Translations under genes and position numbers: made by a program
Assembly (NCBI RefSeq): GCF_022771645.1
Contig: NZ_JALFCU010000080.1
Location: forward strand, 26,495-90,494
DNA: 64,000 nt
Direction of reading: 5' to 3'
From: Selenomonas sp.
Lineage (GTDB): Bacteria > Bacillota > Negativicutes > Selenomonadales > Selenomonadaceae
Part shown: positions 8,783 through 16,743 of the stretch, piece by piece
Layout: every line of letters starts with the position of its first letter
Numbering within the stretch: position 1 is the first letter of the stretch
The notes under the pieces: generated by a model
Told to the model about the DNA's origin: nothing
What the model saw: the letters and a program-made list of their open reading frames with translations, nothing else
Databases searched by the model: none

Positions 8783-8846
8783 AAGACAGCCGTTAGCGCT
8801 TCAGCGCTTACGGATGTCTTAGCCATTTGCCGCAAGGCAAATAGCT
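8783..8846 (-). other. Two tandem intercistronic hairpins between lpxC and fabZ
   Basis: Plus strand shows AAGACAGCCGTTAGCGCttcaGCGCTTACGGATGTCTT (8783-8820) and AGCCATTTGCCgcaaGGCAAATAGCT (8821-8846). No T-run follows either. Confidence 0.5.
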
Positions 8847-8894
8847 TCCTTATTCCGTACGCGCACGGCGTTACGACCCAAGCACTTATTTTTT

Positions 8895-9761
8895 TTAACA
8901 GCCGCAGCCGTCTAAAATCTGTTTTGCGAGCGCCGTGTTCAGCGCGTGGCCGGAGGCCGCTGCGATGATATGGCCTCTTATGATGCCAGCGAGGCGCAGG
9001 TCGCCGATGACGTCGACGATCTTGTGGCGCACGAGCTCATCATCGAAGTGGAGCGGGTTCAGCCAGCCGTCGTCATTGTAGACGATGACGTTTTCGATGC
9101 TGCCGCCGAGGCCTAGCCCCATCTTGCGCAGCTGCTCGATCTCTTTCTCGTACGCGATGGTGCGTGCCGGGGCGATTTCTTTTTTGTAGAGCTCCGGCGT
9201 GATCTCGAAGTTCTCGTACTGGATGCCGATGAGGCGGTGCGGGTTCACGGACGTGAAGCTCACGCGGAAGCCGTCGTACGGCACAGCCATGACGAAGCGC
9301 TCGTGCTGGTCGTCGTCGATGCGGTAGACGCGGTCGATGACGATCTCTTTGCGCGGCGCGTCGAGCTCCTGGATGCCTGCGCGCTCGATGAGCTCAAAGA
9401 ACACGAGCGATGCGCCGTCGGCAACGGGAGGCTCCTCGGAATCGAGCCGCACCTCGCAGTTGTCGATGGAGAGCGCATGGAGCGCGCTCATGAGGTGCTC
9501 GATCGTGAAGAACTCGATGCCGTCCGCGCCAATCGTCGTCGCGCGAAGCGTCGACGTCACGCGGTCCGCCCGCGCTTCGACGCGCGGCTCGCCGTCCATG
9601 TCCGTGCGCACGAACACGATGCCCGTGTCCGCGGCCGCCGGCCGCAGTTCCATATGCACCTCGCGCCCCGAATGCAGCCCGACGCCAGAAAACGTGACGG
9701 CCTTTGCCAGCGTTGTCTGTTGGCTCAAAAAACGTCCCTCCCTCAATTCCGATTCATTCAT
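8895..9761 (-). CDS. lpxC: UDP-3-O-acyl-N-acetylglucosamine deacetylase
   Basis: TLAKAVTFSGVGLHSGREVHMELRPAAADTGIVFVRTD...HKIVDVIGDL matches LpxC. An alternative TTG start at 9728 follows GGAGGGA by 6 nt and may be the real start. Confidence 0.9.
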   Translation of the reverse strand: MNESELREGRFLSQQTTLAKAVTFSGVGLHSGREVHMELRPAAADTGIVFVRTDMDGEPRVEARADRVTSTLRATTIGADGIEFFTIEHLMSALHALSIDNCEVRLDSEEPPVADGASLVFFELIERAGIQELDAPRKEIVIDRVYRIDDDQHERFVMAVPYDGFRVSFTSVNPHRLIGIQYENFEITPELYKKEIAPARTIAYEKEIEQLRKMGLGLGGSIENVIVYNDDGWLNPLHFDDELVRHKIVDVIGDLRLAGIIRGHIIAAASGHALNTALAKQILDGCGC

Positions 9762-9780
9762 AGCTTTTTTATCATACTAC

Positions 9781-9819
9781 AAAAAGGGAAGCGCGGTCAA
9801 CCTGCGGCCCCGCTTCCCC
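9781..9819 (-). terminator. Rho-independent terminator after the HEPN-motif gene
   Basis: Minus strand has a GGGAAGCG..CGCTTCCC stem followed by TTTTTGTAG, 9 nt after the stop at 9828. Confidence 0.65.
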
Positions 9820-9827
9820 GGAAAAGC

Positions 9828-10925
9828 TCATCCGTCCGCGAGCGGATAATCGTAAAGCGGCTCGATGTCGCTGAGCGCGAGCGGATGGATGTGCGCCAGC
9901 GTGTTGCGCGCTTCGCGGAAACGCTCGAGGCTCTCGCGCTCGCGCTCGCTCATGCGGAAGCGTGACCGGTAAGAGTAAATCGTGCCGAGCTCGAGGTCGC
10001 GCCCGTCCTCGATTTTCTCGTGGTTGCCGTTGTAGATGGTCTCGACGGCCACGAGGCGCGCGGCTTCGTCCTGGTGACGCTCGAGGAACGCGATGCGCTG
10101 CGCCTCGAGATAGGGAAAGACCGTCTTGATCTGCGCTGTCCAGATGCGGCGCGCGACGTCGCCGGCGGGCGCCGGGAACGCGCTGCCGTCGCTGCGCGCC
10201 GTGTCCTGCAGGACGCGGGCGAGCGTCTCCTCCGGCGCGTGGTACAGGCTGTCCGCCGTACGCAGGAGCGCGGCGCCGAGCTCGACATCGCCGCCCGAGA
10301 CGCTCGTCGCGAGTTCGGCGAGGTACGGGCGCAGCCGCTCTTTCGCCGGGCTGCCGGAGAGCTGCGCGTTGCGGGCGCGGACGCTGTGGAAGAGGTGGAC
10401 GTCGTAGCGCGTGACGTCATCGTCATAGGAAAACGTGCGGACCGCCTTGCTGCGGGGCGGCGTGCCGTCCGCCATCTCGAACAGGCAGATGGCGCCCGCC
10501 CGCCCGCCGCACGCGCGCTGGTAATCCGAGAGGAAATCCAGCCACGCTTTGAGCTGCGCGCGCGTGACGCCCGTGAACCAGAACGTGCGGTTCGGCAGGG
10601 TCGTGTCCTCGAGCCCCGCGAGGAATTCCGCATAGTGGCGCCCGTGGCGATAGGCGCGCGCCAGGCTGCCCTTGCAGCATTTTTCCAAAAGGCAGGCGCC
10701 GATGTCTTCGACGTCGGCGGCGTCCACCATGACGATGAGCCGGTTCGGGTCGCCGCTGTCGATGCGGTCGCACAGGAAGCGGCGGAACGCCGCATGCCAC
10801 GGCAAGTGCTCCGGCACCTGGAGGACGACGGAGCGCTGGTCGAGGACGGTTTCCACGACCGCACGCGCAAAGCCGGCAGGCGACGAGACGTGCTGCCACC
10901 AGAGTTCTTCATCGGTGTATTCCAT
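9828..10925 (-). CDS. 365-aa protein with a C-terminal HEPN-like Rx4H motif; N-terminal half resembles a degenerate P-loop fold
   Basis: ERFREARNTLAHIHPL contains R-N-T-L-A-H (9891-9908), the R(N)xxxH HEPN RNase signature, in the last predicted helix. The N-terminus has strand-like SVVLQVPE / LIVMVDAAD / AICLFEM but no GKS/T. RBS GGAGG overlaps the stop of the upstream giant gene (12-nt gap). Confidence 0.55.
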   Translation of the reverse strand: MEYTDEELWWQHVSSPAGFARAVVETVLDQRSVVLQVPEHLPWHAAFRRFLCDRIDSGDPNRLIVMVDAADVEDIGACLLEKCCKGSLARAYRHGRHYAEFLAGLEDTTLPNRTFWFTGVTRAQLKAWLDFLSDYQRACGGRAGAICLFEMADGTPPRSKAVRTFSYDDDVTRYDVHLFHSVRARNAQLSGSPAKERLRPYLAELATSVSGGDVELGAALLRTADSLYHAPEETLARVLQDTARSDGSAFPAPAGDVARRIWTAQIKTVFPYLEAQRIAFLERHQDEAARLVAVETIYNGNHEKIEDGRDLELGTIYSYRSRFRMSERERESLERFREARNTLAHIHPLALSDIEPLYDYPLADG

Positions 10926-10937
10926 CCCGGCGCCTCC

Positions 10938-13900
10938 TCATTCCATGTAGTCTTCGAGCTCGTTCTCGACGACGTTCTTCCGCCCCATGAGGTGGAAGAA
11001 CGACTGGCGGCTGAAGACGTAGCTACCGTCGGCGCCCTTGCGCAGGACGTTGAGGTCGCAGAGCTCGTCCATGAAGGCCTGGAGCTTCTGCACGGTGAGC
11101 GCGCGGATCTGCACGACGTTGTACGCTTCGGCGGTCGCGTGGAGCTCGTCCGGACGGTAACCGCGGATGCCTTCGTTGTAGTAGAGGAACGCCAGCAGGA
11201 GCGCGATGATCATGTAGTAGTTGTCGTTGTCGAGGCCGAGCGTGATGCGGAACTTGTTGCGGACTTCCCATTTGAACTCCTCGTCGCCGAGGACGTCCAT
11301 GATGTGCTGCTCTTCGACGTAATAGATGGGCGCCTTGCCCTCCCCATAGTAATCGAGGCTTTCGCCGCACAGGGTGTCGACGAGCTTCTTGCAGTAGAGC
11401 TGGATGAGCCCCGGGAAATAGTTCGCCTGTGCGAGGATGAGAGCGATGTAGTTCTCCGGATTCTTCTTCGTGCGGCCGCCCGGGCGCTGCGCGAAGCGGA
11501 TGCCGAGGTAGTAGAGCGGCCACTCGAGGAGCTCGCGCGCCTCGCCGACGTGGAACGGCTTCACCGTGATGGACGAGAGGTGCGCGAGGCCGCTGTTGCT
11601 GCGCAGGGCATCGTCGCGGTAGAAGCGGACGATGTCGTGCAGGCCAGCGATGACGAATTTGAAATGGACGTTCTCGTCGCCTTGGAGCTCCTTGAGTGCA
11701 TTGAGGGGCTTGTAGCCCTCGTCCTTGCAGTGCTCGATGAAGATGTCGGCTTCGTCGAGCATGAGCAGGAAGTAGTAGATGCGGTTCGTCGGCTCGCGCA
11801 GGCGCGCGGAGATCCGATCGACAAGTTGCTGCCAGTCCCGCACCTCAAACGCCGTCTTGAAGAAGTGCTCTTCGTTGAGCTTCTTGCAGACGCGCTCCGC
11901 AGCCCCTTCGGTGTCCTGATCCTGGATATTGACGACGATCGCGCGGTTCACCGTGTTGCGGTCGACCTTCTGGTAGTTGATGTCGTTCGCCGCCATGCGG
12001 AGGATGGCGGACTTGCCGAGCTGGCGGCCGCCGTAGATGATGTTCGGCCCCTTCGGATCCTCGATGTCCGCGAGCTCTTTCTTGCGACCCATGAACATCT
12101 CGGGCGGCATGGAGTTGACGGCGTCCGGCACGTACGGCTGGTAGTAGCAGAACGGCATGATGAGCATCATGAGGCGGCGGTTCACGTCCGTCTCGTCGTA
12201 GTGGCGGAACAGGTAGTACGTGACGACGCGGTCGATGATGGCAAATGTCGTATTGAGGCAGGCTTTCTTGATCTTGCGCGCGTAGCGGCGGAGCGTCGCG
12301 ATCTTCAGCGCGTAGTCGAGGAAGACGATGGTCGGCTTGCTCGCGCCGCCGATCTTCGCGACGGTGTTGACGAGGCCCTCGTCCTTGTACTCGCCGAAGA
12401 GGCAGACGACGCGGAAGCTGTTGTCCCCGCCCTGCGCCTGCGAGCCGAACGCGGCGATCGGGTGGATGTAGCGGGACTTGCTGTGGTTCAGGGGATCCTT
12501 GAGCTTCACGTTGAACGCGAACTTCGTGCGGCCCGTGACGGCGAGCCTGTCCTCCTCGCTCTCGACGTCCAGCTCCTCGACGGATGCGACGTCCCAGCCG
12601 AGCGCGTGCAGGAGGTTCTTCATGCGCTCGCCGTCCATCGGGTTCTTCAGCCAGTTTTCCTTGATTTCCTGGCGGCCGCGCTCGACTTTCGGCGAGCCCT
12701 TGCCCGAGCGGCTCTCGAGCAGCCGCTTGAACGAGCGGCTGTTGTTGATGACGGTGTAGTTGTCTTCGTATTCGCGCAGGTAGTTCGCGAGGTGGTCGGC
12801 TTCGCCTTTCGGCAGCTCGATGCCGCCCGTGTCGATGTCGCCCTCGGCCCAGCGGCGGAGGTCGTCCTGCGCGACGGTGTAGTTCTGGTCGTCGATGGCG
12901 TCCTGGATGGAAAGGAGGAACTTCGCGTGGCGCTCGTCGAGGTCGCCTGCGCGGAGGCGCTCGACCTCTTCCTGCAGGCGCTCGCCATGCGCGGTCGCCG
13001 CCTGCTCGATCTCGCGGCGGAACGCGGCGTCCGCGCGGCGGAACGCGCCGTAGTTGCGCGTTGCCTCGGCATAGCTGCGGCAGTCTTCCGCGAGGCGCAG
13101 GTAGTCTTCTTTCTTGATTTCGCCATCGCCGCGCTCATCCACGTCGCCGACGGCATCCTCCAGCGCACCGCAGCACTGCTTATACTCCAGGTAGTTCTTG
13201 AATTTCTCGAACGCTTCGTCGAGCCCTTCGCCCGCGCGCCGGCTGTCTTCCTCGATGATGTGCCGCTCCTTGGCGAGCGGCGACGTGCCCGTGAGGATCT
13301 GCAGGCGCGCGTCGATGAGCCCGAGCGTCTGATAATCGTCCGCCGCCTCCGAGCGCGGATCGAGGAGCGCGTCAAGGCGCGCCGAAAGCGCAGCGGCGGC
13401 GTCCGCCGGGCGCTCCGCCGCCGCATAGGCGCGCAGCGCAGCGAGATATTTCTGGCGGGGCGCGCGGATATGCCAGAACGCACGGAAGTCCGGCAGGTAG
13501 TCCTGATCCAGCAGGAGCTCCGTCGCGGACAGGAAGCCGTCGTAGAACATGCGCGGACGGCTGGCCTCCGGCGCGCCGTCCATGCGGAAGGCAATCTCTG
13601 CGAGCGCCCTGCGCAGGACGCGCAGGCCGGCTTCCAGGACGGGGTCGCCCTCGGCTGCGAGCGCGGCATCCGCCTCGTCGAGCGCTTCATGCACCTGCTT
13701 GCGGAGAGCCTCCAGCGCCGCGTCGCGGTCTTCCTGCGGCGCGATGGTATCCGCTGCGGTCAGCTCGAGCCAGCGGCGCAGGATGTCCGTGCTCTTCGTG
13801 AGGTCGCTCAGGAGGCCTTGGCCGAGCGCGCCCTTGATGCGCTCCGTCTTCTTGTCCACCTTGCTCGACGTGCGGTCCCAGGCGGCATTGATGTATTCCT

Positions 13901-16628
13901 TGAGCTTTTCCGGGTCGATGTTCCACTCGCCGGGCGCCGCCTTGTCGTCGCAGAAGAACGTCGTGAGGAATTCGCTGACGCCTTCGGCCTGCGCCGTGTC
14001 ATCCTCCATGACGGCCGCAAGGGACATCGCGAGGTCGTCGTTTTTCCCGTAGACGTCCAGCATCGTGTGGTAGACGTGGAGGTTCAGCCGGTTCTGCGTT
14101 GGATGGAGGACGTTCTTGTGGTAGTCGAGCTCCGCCTCTTTGCGCAGGCTGGCGAGCTGCTGCTCGCGCTGCTGCTGGCGCGGGTAACGGTACGCGGCGT
14201 AAAAGTCCGCGCCTTTCTCATACGTTTCCTTGAACGATTTCAACTTGTGGATGAGGTTCTTGGCGCTCTGGCAGCCTTCTTCGCCGAGGTTCCGCTTCAC
14301 GATGTCACGGAAGAACGTATCCATCATATAGTCGTGCGGCAAGTCGTTCGAGAAGAACGCGCGCAGCGCGGCGGCGGCGAGGAGGTACTCGTCGAGGACG
14401 CTCTGCGCGCCCTCGTAAACCTCCATGAGCTTCGACGAGGCATGCACGGGATGCACGGCGGGATCGTCGAGCGCATACGACAGGCGCAGGCGCGCCTCTT
14501 CCCACGCCTCATCGAGATGGCTGCAGTAGCCGAGGTACGCAGCCGCGCAGTCGTCCCGGCCGGCGCAGAGGAACGTGACGACGTCCTGCATCACGTCGTC
14601 GTCCGCCGCCTCGCGTCCGGACGTGCCTGCCGGGGCCGCGCCCGATGCTTCTTCCGCTGGGGCACGGCCGCCTGCGTCTGCCGCATGTCCCGCCGGCGCT
14701 ACCGTCTCCTGCTCCGCCGGGAGCTCTGCAGCTGGCGCGTCCGCTTCCTGTGCCGTCGGCGGCTCTGCAGGGGGCGCGTCCGGTTCCTGTGCCGTCGGCG
14801 CCCCTTCGGCTGGCGCATCCGCCGCCTCCTCCGTCAGTGCCTCTGCAGGGGGCGCGCCCGCCTCGTGCTCCGCCGGCTCGGGCACGGGCGCGGCGTCCGT
14901 CGTCAGCGCCCCTTCGGCCGGCTCCTCCGCTTCTTCGCCCGCCGAGGCCCCCGTCGATGCCCCGTCTTCCGTTCCGTCTCCCGGGATCCCCGCAGCAGGC
15001 CCCGGTTCTGGCACCGGTTCCTCGTCATCGTCCTCCGCGTCCTCCGCGTCATCTGCCTCCCCTGCCCCATCCGCAGCGAACCAATCCGGCGCGGGCGTCC
15101 ACGCGGCGTCGTACATCTGGTTTTCCGGCAGGAGGTAGAAATACGTCGGCACCTCGCGCAACGCAGGGAAAGCGTCGTGCACGAACGCCACGAGATGGTC
15201 AAGCTGCTCGCGCTGCATGCCGGCGATCGTGAAATCGAGCGTCTTCCCCTCCACCACGAGCTCCGCGAACGCGTCCCGGAACGCTGCGGCCTCTTCGCCG
15301 TCATGCTGTTCGCCGGCAAACCAGAACAGCATCAGGTGGCGGCGGTTTTTGCCGTCGTTCAGTCCCATCGCCATGGCCGCGAACGCGTTGTAGATCCGGC
15401 GGCGGGCATCCGTCGATTTCGGATAGCCCATGGTCTCCTGGCAACGCACGTGCAGGCGGCTCATGGCGAGGCGCGCCGCCGCATACGACGCCTTATCCGC
15501 GATCGGCTCGCCGCCGTCATCCTCTGGCTGCACTTCGAGGCCGAGCCGGTTGCACACCTTCTCGAGCGACAGCGCATGCTTGAGCTTCGGCGTCGCCACG
15601 CAGAACGCGCCGCAGCCTGCGAGCTGGAATTCGCGCAGGTATCCCATGTGGATCAGCTGGTACTTCACCGCCTCGTAGTCCCCGCTCTTCCAGCGATGCT
15701 GCCGCCACCGCAGCAGCGTGTCCTCGCAAAGGTAGTCCACGGCTGGCAGCACCGACAAGAGTGCCCCTGCGCACATGCGCACGTCCTTCACCATCTTGCG
15801 CCAATCGGACAGGAACGCTTTCGCGCTCTCCTTCGCCTGGGATTTCGGCGTCAGCGGCTGCACCGTCAGCTCGCCATAGTCGAACGACGCCGGCAGCAGC
15901 GTCCCTGCCGCCTGCAGCTTCGCCCAGAGCGCCTCGTCTTCCGCAGATGTGACAGGCAACGGTGCCGGCTCGCCCGGCATCCCGTCCGGCTCCTCCGGCG
16001 CAGGAGGCGTCCCTAGATCTGCGGGAGCATCCGGTTCGTCCGTCCCGTCCTCCGGAGCGTCTGCGACATGCATCGTGCCGCCGGCGAACGCATCGCCGAG
16101 CAGGCCGATGGAAAACCGCCCCGTGGCGGCCAGCTGCATCATCTTCAGGCTCCGTTCGCTGCCCTGCGCGCGCCACGCCTCCGCGAAATCGAGATACGGC
16201 CGCAGCGCCTCCTCCGCAGGCGCCCCGTCCTGCGCGAGGAGCGCGCGCAAAGCCTCCTGCACCTGTGCGAGCTCCGCACGCACGTCGTCGCGCTCCGTCT
16301 CGAGCTGCAGGAACCAGCGCGCCGCCTCCGCCTGCTCCTGCGCGGCCGCTGCGGCCTCCATCCACTGCGTCATGCCGCCGAGCGCTGCAAAATCCTGCGG
16401 CTCCTGCGGCGCATGCGCGCCGGCCGCCACGGCCCGCACGCGCGCCCGCTGCTCCTTCACAGCCGCGAGCGCCTGCTGCACCTCGTCGCAGAGCTCGTCC
16501 GCGACGAACGCGTTGTCGTCCGCGAGCGCGTGCGCGAGCGTTTCCACGGATGCGGCAAGCGCCGCATAATCCTTTCGCATGGAAGCGGCCAGCGCCCGGG
16601 CCGCCTCGGCTTCCTGTCGGAAATCCAT
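10938..16628 (-). CDS. Giant (1,896-aa) multidomain protein with a C-terminal P-loop (Arch_ATPase/ORC-like) ATPase and winged-helix-like tail
   Basis: Walker A is FMGRKKELADIEDPKGPNIIYGGRQLGKSAIL (GGRQLGKS at 12009-12032). Walker B is YYFLLMLDEADIF (11745-11768). The N-terminal roughly 1,300 aa are coiled-coil/helical with two acidic Pro/Ala-rich disordered stretches. Start trimmed to the ATG at 16628 (MDFRQEAEAA), 8 nt after GGAAGGAG. Confidence 0.8.
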   Translation of the reverse strand: MDFRQEAEAARALAASMRKDYAALAASVETLAHALADDNAFVADELCDEVQQALAAVKEQRARVRAVAAGAHAPQEPQDFAALGGMTQWMEAAAAAQEQAEAARWFLQLETERDDVRAELAQVQEALRALLAQDGAPAEEALRPYLDFAEAWRAQGSERSLKMMQLAATGRFSIGLLGDAFAGGTMHVADAPEDGTDEPDAPADLGTPPAPEEPDGMPGEPAPLPVTSAEDEALWAKLQAAGTLLPASFDYGELTVQPLTPKSQAKESAKAFLSDWRKMVKDVRMCAGALLSVLPAVDYLCEDTLLRWRQHRWKSGDYEAVKYQLIHMGYLREFQLAGCGAFCVATPKLKHALSLEKVCNRLGLEVQPEDDGGEPIADKASYAAARLAMSRLHVRCQETMGYPKSTDARRRIYNAFAAMAMGLNDGKNRRHLMLFWFAGEQHDGEEAAAFRDAFAELVVEGKTLDFTIAGMQREQLDHLVAFVHDAFPALREVPTYFYLLPENQMYDAAWTPAPDWFAADGAGEADDAEDAEDDDEEPVPEPGPAAGIPGDGTEDGASTGASAGEEAEEPAEGALTTDAAPVPEPAEHEAGAPPAEALTEEAADAPAEGAPTAQEPDAPPAEPPTAQEADAPAAELPAEQETVAPAGHAADAGGRAPAEEASGAAPAGTSGREAADDDVMQDVVTFLCAGRDDCAAAYLGYCSHLDEAWEEARLRLSYALDDPAVHPVHASSKLMEVYEGAQSVLDEYLLAAAALRAFFSNDLPHDYMMDTFFRDIVKRNLGEEGCQSAKNLIHKLKSFKETYEKGADFYAAYRYPRQQQREQQLASLRKEAELDYHKNVLHPTQNRLNLHVYHTMLDVYGKNDDLAMSLAAVMEDDTAQAEGVSEFLTTFFCDDKAAPGEWNIDPEKLKEYINAAWDRTSSKVDKKTERIKGALGQGLLSDLTKSTDILRRWLELTAADTIAPQEDRDAALEALRKQVHEALDEADAALAAEGDPVLEAGLRVLRRALAEIAFRMDGAPEASRPRMFYDGFLSATELLLDQDYLPDFRAFWHIRAPRQKYLAALRAYAAAERPADAAAALSARLDALLDPRSEAADDYQTLGLIDARLQILTGTSPLAKERHIIEEDSRRAGEGLDEAFEKFKNYLEYKQCCGALEDAVGDVDERGDGEIKKEDYLRLAEDCRSYAEATRNYGAFRRADAAFRREIEQAATAHGERLQEEVERLRAGDLDERHAKFLLSIQDAIDDQNYTVAQDDLRRWAEGDIDTGGIELPKGEADHLANYLREYEDNYTVINNSRSFKRLLESRSGKGSPKVERGRQEIKENWLKNPMDGERMKNLLHALGWDVASVEELDVESEEDRLAVTGRTKFAFNVKLKDPLNHSKSRYIHPIAAFGSQAQGGDNSFRVVCLFGEYKDEGLVNTVAKIGGASKPTIVFLDYALKIATLRRYARKIKKACLNTTFAIIDRVVTYYLFRHYDETDVNRRLMMLIMPFCYYQPYVPDAVNSMPPEMFMGRKKELADIEDPKGPNIIYGGRQLGKSAILRMAANDINYQKVDRNTVNRAIVVNIQDQDTEGAAERVCKKLNEEHFFKTAFEVRDWQQLVDRISARLREPTNRIYYFLLMLDEADIFIEHCKDEGYKPLNALKELQGDENVHFKFVIAGLHDIVRFYRDDALRSNSGLAHLSSITVKPFHVGEARELLEWPLYYLGIRFAQRPGGRTKKNPENYIALILAQANYFPGLIQLYCKKLVDTLCGESLDYYGEGKAPIYYVEEQHIMDVLGDEEFKWEVRNKFRITLGLDNDNYYMIIALLLAFLYYNEGIRGYRPDELHATAEAYNVVQIRALTVQKLQAFMDELCDLNVLRKGADGSYVFSRQSFFHLMGRKNVVENELEDYME
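14724..14879 (-). repeat. In-frame 39-bp tandem repeat (about 4 units, the last two degenerate) inside the giant gene
   Basis: Plus-strand units are ctctgcagctggcgcgtccgcttcctgtgccgtcggcgg and ctctgcagggggcgcgtccggttcctgtgccgtcggcgc. They encode the 13-aa periodic PTAQE(A/P)DAP(A/P)AE linker. Confidence 0.6.
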
Positions 16629-16700
16629 CGTATCCGCTCCTTCCATTTGCTTTCTCTTCTTATTTCTCCATCTCATCGCGATTTCCTGCCGTGCACACGC

Positions 16701-16726
16701 AAAAAAGCCGCGCTTGCCAGCGCGGC
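16701..16726 (-). terminator. Rho-independent terminator after the radical-SAM gene
   Basis: Minus strand has GCCGCGCTggcaAGCGCGGC followed by TTTTTTGCG, 18 nt after the stop at 16744. Confidence 0.7.
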
Positions 16727-16743
16727 GGGATGCCTCCCATATG

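Noticed and set aside
14640-14960. Possible CRISPR-like or minisatellite array (also at 46226..46432)
   Set aside because: Repeat units are contiguous with no spacers, 39 bp long, in frame, and lie inside long ORFs. They are coding tandem repeats, not CRISPR. No cas genes are present.
10020-16016. 1,998-aa plus-strand ORF (the longest in the track) antisense to the giant ATPase gene
   Set aside because: It is extremely Arg/Ala/Val/Leu-rich with no motifs, no SD and no sensible start. This is a typical stop-free antisense frame in high-GC DNA. The minus-strand frame has clear Walker motifs and an SD.
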